64,000 nt of DNA from Trichormus sp. ATA11-4-KO1 (lineage in GTDB: Bacteria > Cyanobacteriota > Cyanobacteriia > Cyanobacteriales > Nostocaceae), in assembly GCA_019358915.1 (NCBI GenBank), contig JAHHIM010000073.1, forward strand, positions 64,001 through 128,000. The letters run 5' to 3'. Position numbers and translations under genes: made by a program. Below the pieces are notes generated by a model. That model was not told the origin of the DNA and made no database searches. It saw nothing but the letters and a program-made list of their open reading frames with translations. This document shows, piece after piece, positions 38,904 to 47,929 of the stretch (positions are counted from its first letter, which is position 1; each line of letters starts with the position of its first letter).

Positions 38904-41900
38904 ATGCCTAATTTAATTTTAAAAGATGACCCATTATGGTTTAAAAATGCGATTATTTACGAAGTCCCTGTGCGCGCATTTGCTGACAGTAATGGTGATG
39001 GTATTGGTGACTTTCCAGGACTAACAGAAAAGCTTGATTATCTACAAGATTTAGGTATAACCGCCATTTGGTTACTACCATTTTTTCCCTCGCCACTGAA
39101 AGATGATGGTTATGATATTGCTGATTACACCAGTATTAACCCTATTTATGGCACATTAGCAGATTTTCAACAGCTATTAATAGCCGCCCATCAACGCGGT
39201 ATCCGGGTAATTATTGAGTTAATTATTAACCATACATCTGACCAACATCCTTGGTTTCAACGCGCACGTCGCGCCCCAAAGGGTAGTCCAGAACGAGATT
39301 TTTATGTGTGGAGTGATACGCCAGAAAAATACCAAGAAGCGCGAATTATTTTCCAAGATTTTGAAACCTCTAATTGGGCTTGGGATTCACTTACTAAAGC
39401 TTACTACTGGCATCGTTTCTACTCCCATCAGCCTGATTTAAATTATGATAATCCCTTGGTGAGAAAGGCAGTATTCGATGTTCTAGATTTTTGGTTAGAA
39501 ATGGGTGTAGATGGACTACGCATGGATGCAGTGCCTTATTTATATGAACGAGAGGGAACAAACTGCGAAAATCTCCCAGAAACCCATACTTTCTTGAAAG
39601 AATTGCGATCGCACATTGACGCGAAATTTTCCCACCGGATGCTACTTGCTGAGGCGAATCAATGGCCTGAGGATGCAGCGCAATATTACGGGTCTGGGGA
39701 TGAATGCCACATGAATTTTCATTTTCCCCTAATGCCGCGCCTATTTATCGCCCTGCGGATGGAAGATAACTTCCCCATTGTGGATATTCTCCAGCAAACA
39801 CCACACATTCCTGATAACTGTCAGTGGGCGTTATTTCTGCGTAATCATGATGAACTGACTTTAGAAATGGTCACAGATGAAGACCGGGATTTTATGTATC
39901 AGGTGTATGCCCAAGACCCCGTAATGCGGCTGAATTTAGGTATCCGCCGCCGATTAGCACCTTTGTTAGGTAATGATCGCCGTCAAATTGAGTTACTTCA
40001 TAGTTTGTTGTTGTCTTTGCCAGGCACACCCGTACTTTATTATGGTGATGAAATTGGCATGGGAGATAATGTTTATTTAGGCGATCGCAATGGTGTACGT
40101 ACTCCCATGCAATGGAGTTCTGATCGTAATGCTGGTTTTAGTCGCACCAATCCCCACCGCTTACATTTACCCGTGATCATTGACTCGGAATATCACTATG
40201 AAGCCGTCAATGTCGAAGCACAACGGGCAAACCCCAATTCTCTTTGGTATTGGATGAAACGTTTGATTGCTACTCGTAAACGTTTTCAGGCCATGGGTAA
40301 AGGGCATTTTGAGTTGTTACACCCGAATAACCGTAAGGTTTTTGCTTTTATTCATAGCAATTCGGCAGAACATATCTTAGTAGTGGCGAATTTATCCCAC
40401 TATGTGCAAACGGTGGAATTAGATTTATCTGATTTTCATGGACTAGTGCCAGTAGAAATTTTTGGTTACACTGAGTTTCCCGCCATTGTAGAGTTGCCTT
40501 ATTTCCTCAGTTTGAGTCCCTACGGATTTTACTGGTTTACCCTACAACGTAAACCCAGCTTGACTCAACCTCCTAAACCTCAAGCAGAGTTACCCACACT
40601 AGTTGTCACTGGCGAGTGGCAAAATGTGATTTTTCAACGCCAATTCAAAGGTATTCTGGAATCAACACTGCGAGATTATTTGTATACCTGTAAGTGGTTT
40701 GGTGGTAAAACGCAGACTGTACAATCACTGCAAATTATTGAGGCGATTTCCCTACCCTATAATCACCAGTTAGCCCAGATGATTTGGTTGCAGGTAGATT
40801 ACATAGAAGGAAATAACGAAACTTATTTATTACCTTTAGCCTATGCCGCAGGTGAGCAAGCAATGCATTTGTTGGCAGAAATGCCCCAAGCTGTGATTGC
40901 CCGACTCCAGGTGCAGACCTCAGACGTGGGAATATTATTTGATGCCTTAGCAGATGAGAACTTTCTCAATTCTTTACTGAATACCATTGCCGAAAATTGC
41001 GCCTATGAGGGGACAATCGGCGAGTTATTTGCCAGTACCACTGATTTATTTTCACAGTTATACCCAGACGAAAGTGACCGCTATCCGACTGTATTTCAAG
41101 GAGAAGAACAAACCAATACTTATATAGTTTATGGCGATGCCTACGGCGGCAAGCAACGCCTGTGTTTAAAACTCTTCCGTAAATTTGAAGAAGGGATGCA
41201 CCCTGATTTGGAAATCCGGCGTTTCCTGGGGGAGAAAAAACGTCTGCAACACTTTGTTTCTGTGGCTGGGGCTTTAGAGTACCGTCGCCCCAATCGAGCC
41301 GGCTATAGCCCCGCCCTCCCGATGACTGTGGGCATATTGCAAGAGTGGATTTTAGATACCCGCAGTGGCTGGGACTATACCCTTGATAGTCTGCGTCACT
41401 ACTTTGATTTGGTGACTACAGAACAAGCAACAATTACCGAAGTGCCCATCCCATCAAATTCTCTATTAGATTTACATAGAACTGATATTCCAGATTTGGC
41501 TATCCAAACCATCAATTCCTACCTCCCAAATACGGAAATGTTGGGTAAATCTACAGCTGAACTGCATATTGCCTTGGCTACAGATACAGATAATCCCGAC
41601 TTTGCCCCAGAACCTTTTTCATCATTTTACCAACGTTCTGTATATCAAGATGCCCGCAATTTGACAGGGCGAGTATTCCGGTTGTTGAGAGAACAGTTAG
41701 CATACTTGCCACCCAACGCTCAAGAATTAGCAGTAGATGTTCTCAACAGTCAAGAGGAAATTTTGGCACGTTTTCAGTTAGTTGTGCAGCAAAAAATTAC
41801 TGCCTTACGGACTCGTTATCATGGAGACTACCATCTGGGGCAAGTGCTGTACACTGGAAAAGACTTTATCATCACTCATTTTGAGGGACAAGTAGCTCGT

Positions 41901-42281
41901 AGTTTGAGTGAACGCCGCCGTAAGCGATCGCCTCTGCGAGATGTTGCCGCTATGCTGGTATCTTTTAATTACGCTGTCACCCAAGCTCTGCGCTATGAAA
42001 TAGAAAGTGGCATGATCCGTCCAGAAACTCTGCCTCTCATGGAACAATGGGCACAGTTTTGGTATACCTGGGTTAGTGCTGCTTTTTTAAATTCTTATCT
42101 TGAAACTGCAAGCAGTGATGCGTTTTTACCATCAACCCAAGAAGAACTAAAAGTACTGCTTTTTACTTATCTTTTAGAAAAAGTGATCGAAGCTTTAGGC
42201 TATGAACTCAACCATCGCCCAGATTATGTAGAGATTCCCCTGCAATTGATTCTGCAATTACAGCAGTTTTCGTTTATCTGA
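38904..42281 (+). CDS. treS: Trehalose synthase TreS fused to a maltokinase-like domain
   Basis: GH13 motifs NHTSDQHPWF, RMDAVPY, AEANQW, RNHDELT; C-terminal kinase-like YHGDYHLGQV. Confidence 0.95.
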   Translation: MPNLILKDDPLWFKNAIIYEVPVRAFADSNGDGIGDFPGLTEKLDYLQDLGITAIWLLPFFPSPLKDDGYDIADYTSINPIYGTLADFQQLLIAAHQRGIRVIIELIINHTSDQHPWFQRARRAPKGSPERDFYVWSDTPEKYQEARIIFQDFETSNWAWDSLTKAYYWHRFYSHQPDLNYDNPLVRKAVFDVLDFWLEMGVDGLRMDAVPYLYEREGTNCENLPETHTFLKELRSHIDAKFSHRMLLAEANQWPEDAAQYYGSGDECHMNFHFPLMPRLFIALRMEDNFPIVDILQQTPHIPDNCQWALFLRNHDELTLEMVTDEDRDFMYQVYAQDPVMRLNLGIRRRLAPLLGNDRRQIELLHSLLLSLPGTPVLYYGDEIGMGDNVYLGDRNGVRTPMQWSSDRNAGFSRTNPHRLHLPVIIDSEYHYEAVNVEAQRANPNSLWYWMKRLIATRKRFQAMGKGHFELLHPNNRKVFAFIHSNSAEHILVVANLSHYVQTVELDLSDFHGLVPVEIFGYTEFPAIVELPYFLSLSPYGFYWFTLQRKPSLTQPPKPQAELPTLVVTGEWQNVIFQRQFKGILESTLRDYLYTCKWFGGKTQTVQSLQIIEAISLPYNHQLAQMIWLQVDYIEGNNETYLLPLAYAAGEQAMHLLAEMPQAVIARLQVQTSDVGILFDALADENFLNSLLNTIAENCAYEGTIGELFASTTDLFSQLYPDESDRYPTVFQGEEQTNTYIVYGDAYGGKQRLCLKLFRKFEEGMHPDLEIRRFLGEKKRLQHFVSVAGALEYRRPNRAGYSPALPMTVGILQEWILDTRSGWDYTLDSLRHYFDLVTTEQATITEVPIPSNSLLDLHRTDIPDLAIQTINSYLPNTEMLGKSTAELHIALATDTDNPDFAPEPFSSFYQRSVYQDARNLTGRVFRLLREQLAYLPPNAQELAVDVLNSQEEILARFQLVVQQKITALRTRYHGDYHLGQVLYTGKDFIITHFEGQVARSLSERRRKRSPLRDVAAMLVSFNYAVTQALRYEIESGMIRPETLPLMEQWAQFWYTWVSAAFLNSYLETASSDAFLPSTQEELKVLLFTYLLEKVIEALGYELNHRPDYVEIPLQLILQLQQFSFI

Positions 42282-42439
42282 ACCACAGCCAAGCCTTTGA
42301 ATAGGTATTTTTGGCGTTGCTGATTGAGAATATGAATTTGTTGGGCTACGCCCCGCTATGGCTGAAGCCACGCTCCGCGAACGCTAACACGCCAAGACGC
42401 AAAGACGCAAAGAAAAAGAAAGGCAATTTTGAAACGAAT

Positions 42440-42471
42440 GCCCTCTGCCCTCTGCCTCCTGCCCTCTGCCT
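42440..42471. repeat. STRR (GCCCTCT)-like tandem repeat
   Basis: gccctctgccctctgcctcctgccctctgcct. Confidence 0.7.
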
Positions 42472-42513
42472 TTCTTGTTGACATTTTATACTCTGATCAG
42501 CAACACTCAACAA

Positions 42514-42978
42514 TTACCACTGCGAAAATGGGTGTGTTACCAAATTGCTATTGTAATACCTGGGGTCGTGGGAAACTTCTTGACCAATCCAACTTGGGAG
42601 TTCAATTTGTTGATTGGCATCACTGAGTTCGACTTCTGCTAAAATCAATCCTTTATTCACACCATCAAACTCGTCTATTTCCCAAATCAAACCACCCCAT
42701 TCTACTTTGTATCTAATTTTTTCTATGAAAGGCCGTCGGCACAATGTATCCAGCATTTCTTGAGCATCTTCTACAGGAATGGGATACTCAAACTCTAATC
42801 GCGAACATTGAATACTAGGCCCTTTAATTGTCAAGTAACCTTGTTCTCCGATTATCCGCACACGTACAGTCACTTTATCTTGTGTAGCAATGTATCCTTG
42901 ACGGTATACACTACCCTTAGCTAACTTTCTCCAGCTATCTTCTTTGAGTAAAAATTTGCGTTCTATTTCTTTCGCCAT
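42514..42978 (-). CDS. CYTH-domain protein (triphosphate tunnel metalloenzyme)
   Basis: EIERKF, VRVR, LTIKG, EFEY, WEIDEF, LAEVEL. Confidence 0.92.
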   Translation of the reverse strand: MAKEIERKFLLKEDSWRKLAKGSVYRQGYIATQDKVTVRVRIIGEQGYLTIKGPSIQCSRLEFEYPIPVEDAQEMLDTLCRRPFIEKIRYKVEWGGLIWEIDEFDGVNKGLILAEVELSDANQQIELPSWIGQEVSHDPRYYNSNLVTHPFSQW

Positions 42979-43295
42979 TTTGTTAAATTATTATTTGTTT
43001 TGAGGAAAATATCATAGTTGTTTTTATCAAAAAATTTTAGCATTTGATGTACTAAAAAGATTAACTTTATTTAAATTAAAATTAATTTTCATTCTGATAT
43101 CTAAGATTGAAGTGTAGGTAATTATTATCGTAGATAAACAACAGTTGATAAAATAGCAAAAATTTAGTGCGATCGCTATTATATTCTGGTTTATGGAAAG
43201 AGTTCCAGAAACGAGGATTGGCGATCGCACTGTGTAATTTCTCTCATGAATGTTTCCCATGAGAGAATAATCAACTTGGTCAAGTAAAGGCTTAG

Positions 43296-43463
43296 TTAAT
43301 GACCACGGCGATCGCGTCCAGATCCACGATCATAGTGAAGGTCGCGATCATAAACATAGCTATAAAGAGGTAGGCGTATAACAGTATTAGTTCTCTGAGC
43401 AACAGCCGCAGATGACATAGACGCCTTCCAACCTACAAACGAGACAGAGGTGAAGCGATTCAT
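43296..43463 (-). CDS. Small ORF encoding an RGSGR-containing peptide (PatS/PatX-like candidate)
   Basis: Manual translation: MNRFTSVSFVGWKASMSSAAVAQRTNTVIRLPLYSYVYDRDLHYDRGSGRDRRGH*; alternative ATG at 43418 preceded by GGAAGG. Confidence 0.55.
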   Translation of the reverse strand: MNRFTSVSFVGWKASMSSAAVAQRTNTVIRLPLYSYVYDRDLHYDRGSGRDRRGH

Positions 43464-43987
43464 AATTTGAGTTTGGTAAGTTGATGGTAATTTCTACAAG
43501 CGCAGGAAGTTTACGAAGAGAAGATTCCACAAAGCTTTGGATATATTCTAGCAAAATTATGAGTTATGCAGCAGCAGTACACGCCATATTAAAGTTACAG
43601 CCGTAGTCACATAGGTGAGGACAATATTGATGCAAGAGAGCAATGAAGCAACTGGTTTGATACTCAGCACTTTGCTATACATGACAGCCGCACAACGTTC
43701 TGTCCTCAGCTTGAAGACGATTCTTACCAAAGAAGGACTAACTATTAGTAACGCGATTGCTATCGTTAATGCATAACAATTATTACTGGATGGGTGTTAT
43801 GCCGCAGTGACCCATTGTTGTGTATCGAAGGAGAGCGATTTCAGATACATAAACAGTACTTAGAGTAACCATGAAAGATGTGGAGTTTTTATCGCTTCCT
43901 CCACTTAGTTATCACCAAGGGAAGTTTAAATACTTCATCAGAGCGGTCTGAGGTGATAAATTTCTGGTATCTCTTCTAGTAATCATG

Positions 43988-44037
43988 AAAATTAAACTGT
44001 CTTGGTTGATTAATTTAACTGAGACAGTTTAGCTTTT
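43988..44037. terminator. Hairpin downstream of the TPR gene
   Basis: TAAACTGTCTTGGTT...AACTGAGACAGTTTA imperfect IR, with a T run on the minus strand. Confidence 0.5.
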
Positions 44038-44063
44038 GCAAAAACGAGTATAAATGAAAATTT

Positions 44064-45887
44064 CTATTGCTGAAGTTGGGCGATCGCTTGCATAATTTGT
44101 TGATAATACTGTGTATTTCCTTCTTGATAATAAATATCAGCAGATTTTTGGAAATCGCTAATTGCAGCTTGATAATCTTCTAGCTTACGGTGAATATCAG
44201 CCCGCAGCATGTAAGCTGAAGCCCAATGAGGCTGACGCTGTAAAGCTGCGTTTAAGTCGGCTAGTCCCCCTGGTAAATCTCCCAGCAAAGAACGGCTACG
44301 TCCTCGGTTATACCAGTCTTGGGCCAAGCTGGAATCGATAGCAAGTGCCTGATTATAATCTTCTATTGCTCCTTGATAGTCTTGCAGAGCATAGCGAGCA
44401 TTAGCGCGATCGCTATAAAATGTGGCTGATTGGGGATTTCTTTGTAAAGCTTGGGTATAATCGGCAACTGCACCCTCATAGTCTTGGAGGGCATAGCCAA
44501 GAGAACCCCGATTATAATAAGCTTCTACCAGATCGGGATTAATTTGTAAAGCTTGGTTGTAATCTGCCATTGCTCCCTTTTCGTCTCCGAGAAAACGCCG
44601 AGCATTACCCCGATTGCAGTAGGCTGGGGAAAATTCAGGCGAAAGCTGTATTGCTTGAGTGTTATCGGCAATTGCTGATAAGAAATCTTGTAAAATTTCA
44701 TAAGCAATACCTCGTCCATAATAAGCTTCAGCTAAATTCTGATTAATCTGCAATGCCAAATTGTAATCTTGGATTGCCCCTTGATAATCTCCCAGACTAC
44801 GACGAGCTGTAGCGCGATCGCAGTATCCTTCAGCTAGATGGGGATTAAGTTGTAAAAGTCGATTGCTATCTTCAATTGCTCCTTGATAGTCTCCCAATCG
44901 GCGACGAACGTTAGCCCGAAAGCCGTAAACTAAAGCTAAGGTAGGATTTGCCTGCAATGCCTGATTATAATCCTCGATAGCTCCTTGATAATCGCCTAAA
45001 GTGTCTCGCACCAAACCCCGTTCATAATATGCTTGGACATCATCAGGGTTCAGTTTCAGCGCTTGGTTAAAGTCTGCAAGTGCCTGCTCGTAATCTTTGA
45101 GGCGAGAATAAACAAGACCCCGATTATAATAGGCTTCAGCAAAGTTGGGGTTAATATCCAATGTGCGATTGTAATCTTCAATTGCACCTTGATCGTCTCC
45201 TAGGGCAAAGCGGGCAATGCCTCGGTTATGATAAGCTGCTGCCAAGTTAGGATCGAGTTGTAATGCGCGATTATGCTCAGCGATCGCTTGCTGATATTCT
45301 CCTAAAAGATAGTTGATATTACCGCGACTAGTGTAAGCTGCGGCAAAATGGGGATGCCATTGTAATGCTTGCTGAAAATCGGCGAGCGCTCCTTGATTAT
45401 CGCCGCGATCGCAACGAGCTACACCCCGATTATGCAATGCCTTGGCAATATCAAAATTAATACACGTAGCTAACTGAGTGCTATTTTCGATTGCTTGCTG
45501 ATAATCGTTGATCGCTTGGTCATATGCTTGCAAAGCAAAGTAGGCATTACCCCGGCTATGATAAGATGCCGCAAAGTTGGGATTGATTTGTAATGCCTGA
45601 TCATGATCGGCGATCGCTCCCTCATAATCTGCTAAAAAGTAGCGTGCATTAGCTCGGTTGCAGTACGCTTCCGCCAGATGGGGATTGATTTGTAATGCTT
45701 GATCAAAGTCGGCGATCGCTCCGTGATAATCTTTGAGTTCAGCGCTGAGAATAAGACCTCGGTTGTAATAAGCTTCGGCATAGTCGGGATTCATCTCAAT
45801 CGTCTGAGAGTAATCTGCGATGGCTTCTTGATAGTCCCCTTGCAAATGTTTGTGGAATCCCTGCTTGAAAAATTCGTCAGCATTCAT
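44064..45887 (-). CDS. Tetratricopeptide repeat protein (TPR over essentially the whole length)
   Basis: Repeated 34-aa AEAYYNRG...GDYQGAIEDYNQALQINP units. Confidence 0.95.
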   Translation of the reverse strand: MNADEFFKQGFHKHLQGDYQEAIADYSQTIEMNPDYAEAYYNRGLILSAELKDYHGAIADFDQALQINPHLAEAYCNRANARYFLADYEGAIADHDQALQINPNFAASYHSRGNAYFALQAYDQAINDYQQAIENSTQLATCINFDIAKALHNRGVARCDRGDNQGALADFQQALQWHPHFAAAYTSRGNINYLLGEYQQAIAEHNRALQLDPNLAAAYHNRGIARFALGDDQGAIEDYNRTLDINPNFAEAYYNRGLVYSRLKDYEQALADFNQALKLNPDDVQAYYERGLVRDTLGDYQGAIEDYNQALQANPTLALVYGFRANVRRRLGDYQGAIEDSNRLLQLNPHLAEGYCDRATARRSLGDYQGAIQDYNLALQINQNLAEAYYGRGIAYEILQDFLSAIADNTQAIQLSPEFSPAYCNRGNARRFLGDEKGAMADYNQALQINPDLVEAYYNRGSLGYALQDYEGAVADYTQALQRNPQSATFYSDRANARYALQDYQGAIEDYNQALAIDSSLAQDWYNRGRSRSLLGDLPGGLADLNAALQRQPHWASAYMLRADIHRKLEDYQAAISDFQKSADIYYQEGNTQYYQQIMQAIAQLQQ

Positions 45888-46005
45888 CTAATTTCTCTGG
45901 GTTTCAACACTCCCGTCACTCATTGTAGGACGGTCGTACCTTACCATCAATTTATTAGTGTTTATTGGTGCGATCGCGTTGCAAAATAGTGCTGAGTGCG
46001 CTGGC

Positions 46006-46023
46006 CCTGAGCGAAGTCGAAGG
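46006..46023. repeat. REP-like palindrome CCCTGAGCGAAGTCGAAGGG within TGAGTGC STRR
   Basis: Seen directly in the sequence. Confidence 0.5.
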
Positions 46024-46064
46024 GGAGTGCTGAGTAAAAAGTAAAATTAACTGCACTCAGCATA

Positions 46065-46231
46065 TAGGGTTTGAAGCCCCTCGCTTACGAAGGAAAGAAA
46101 AGGAGGAAACCTCCGCTCTGACTTCGCGCTAAATTTATTTATGAAAACAGGTAAAACATTTTTTTCGAGACACGCGCAGTGCAAGAAAAAAAGTGTCCTT
46201 GTTTCAATCCCTTAGTTTTAACTATGGGGTT
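46065..46231. mobile_element. MITE-like repeat with a nested short insertion
   Basis: GGGTTTGAAGCCCC...AAATTTATTTATG ... GTTTCAATCCC...TATGGGGTT, with internal IR TTTTTTTCGAGAC/AGAAAAAAA, flanked by CACTCAG STRRs. Confidence 0.45.
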
Positions 46232-46580
46232 GTACTCAGCACTCAGCACTTTCTACTCAGCACTCTTCATCATGACTAAGGTCAAGAATAATTAAGTTCA
46301 ATGAACAAACGGTACTATAAGTTAAAGCGCAATCTAAAACTGTTTCTGGAAAAATTATCAGCAAAAACTCGGGAATAATTTGTCAACCTGTTAAGCGTAG
46401 CTGGCGAAAAGCTGATTTACACTCTTTATTTTTTCTGCTACCAGAGAAATATATGCAAACTAGTTTACAAAATTAGAAAAAGTGGTAGCTTAAGTATAAA
46501 CTATTGACAAGCTATTAATTAACCTGTTAATTGTGGATACATCTGTAGCACCAATTGCGTAAAATCTGCTGGAGTGACTT

Positions 46581-47432
46581 ATGGCTAACTTTAAAAATTG
46601 TATGATGCGAAGCTTTAGTTTTATTCAACGCTTTGCACTTTGTGTTACGCCATTAATTACTAGTTATTCCTTGGCAATTGCACCTAGTAGAGCAGCCACT
46701 TTTGGGTATTCTGAAGCAAATTTAAATTTTACCAACATCAACACAGACCCTTTGGTGTTTTTAACTGATGCTGATGGTTTCACGAATGTCAATGGCATGG
46801 CAAATGCTTTTTCTTTCGCACAAGCAGATGCTTCAAGTTTTTTACAGCAAGCATCTAATTCAACATTCAGCGAAGCTTTTGGCGAAGGTAGAAGTTATTT
46901 AGGAGAGGCAGAAAGTCAATCCAGATTGATTGGGTTATTTTTTGTAGATGCTGATCAACATTTTTCTTTTGACTTCACAGCATATTTAGAACTAGAAACA
47001 TCAATAGATAACCCATTAGAGGAAAATGCCATAGCCTTTGGAGAAATAGATTTTGAGTTAATTGATATTGATAATAGTAATGTTTTAGACTTTTTTCTTC
47101 TTGTCGGTGATATAGTCACTCCAGACAATAGTGATTTTATTACCTTTGACAAAAGTGACAATATTACTTTCACTAACTCAATTACTACGTCAAACTTTGG
47201 CGGAATTAAAGAAAACGCTACAGCGTCGCTCCAAGGTTCTGTACAACGTCATTTTGCTAATCCCACAAATTTAGCTTTAATAGCATTTACCAGAAATCAG
47301 GTTGTTGTAGTTGCAGTACCTGAACCATCAGCTAAGACAGGTTTACTATTTGGTGCTATTTTGATAGGTTTTACTATCAAAGCAAAACGTAAAACAATTT
47401 CCTCACCTTTACACTCAACATTAGCGCAGTGA
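46581..47432 (+). CDS. PEP-CTERM sorting-domain exported protein
   Basis: Signal-peptide-like N-terminus (APSRAATF); C-terminal VPEPS + TM helix + KAKRK. Confidence 0.85.
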   Translation: MANFKNCMMRSFSFIQRFALCVTPLITSYSLAIAPSRAATFGYSEANLNFTNINTDPLVFLTDADGFTNVNGMANAFSFAQADASSFLQQASNSTFSEAFGEGRSYLGEAESQSRLIGLFFVDADQHFSFDFTAYLELETSIDNPLEENAIAFGEIDFELIDIDNSNVLDFFLLVGDIVTPDNSDFITFDKSDNITFTNSITTSNFGGIKENATASLQGSVQRHFANPTNLALIAFTRNQVVVVAVPEPSAKTGLLFGAILIGFTIKAKRKTISSPLHSTLAQ

Positions 47433-47929
47433 GGCGTATTAATTTACATTGACAAAACTAAGTATTGAGTTGACAAGAAAGCTACTTTGTCAAGGTATAG
47501 CAGGTGAAATATAGAATAAAAAAATCCCTCATTGGACGCTTTTTTATAAAAAACTACGTCTTGCTAAAACTTTGTGAGAGAATCATTACATACATTAACT
47601 CTATCAACAGGATGAAAAATTGTACGCCTTTAGTTAGAGTGAAAAAATACTGAGATGCCGATATTTTGAGTAAAGACAAGCACGAATTGAGATTCCTCCT
47701 CAGGGAAAACTTTCATAAAAGACACAGATAGAGGATTCATCTGTGTTTATTCGTGTTTATGCTTGCTTAAATGTCAGTTTGACAGACTTCACCACGCCAC
47801 TTACTCATAAAATAGGTGGCTTGGTGCGGTCAATACAATACCTGTCGAACTCTCGTTTGCTTAGACTCAAGGAAAGATACTCAGTCTGTCCTGTAAGTCA
47901 AAAATGCAGAATCAACGTTAGGGGTTACC

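Noticed and set aside
43027..43260. 77-aa ORF downstream of the RGSGR ORF
   Set aside because: Low-complexity AT-rich translation with no recognisable motif; probably spurious
43630..43776. 48-codon plus-strand ORF (MQESNEATGL...)
   Set aside because: Overlaps a repeat-like element (TGAGGACA...TGTCCTCA with an STRR unit); no other support
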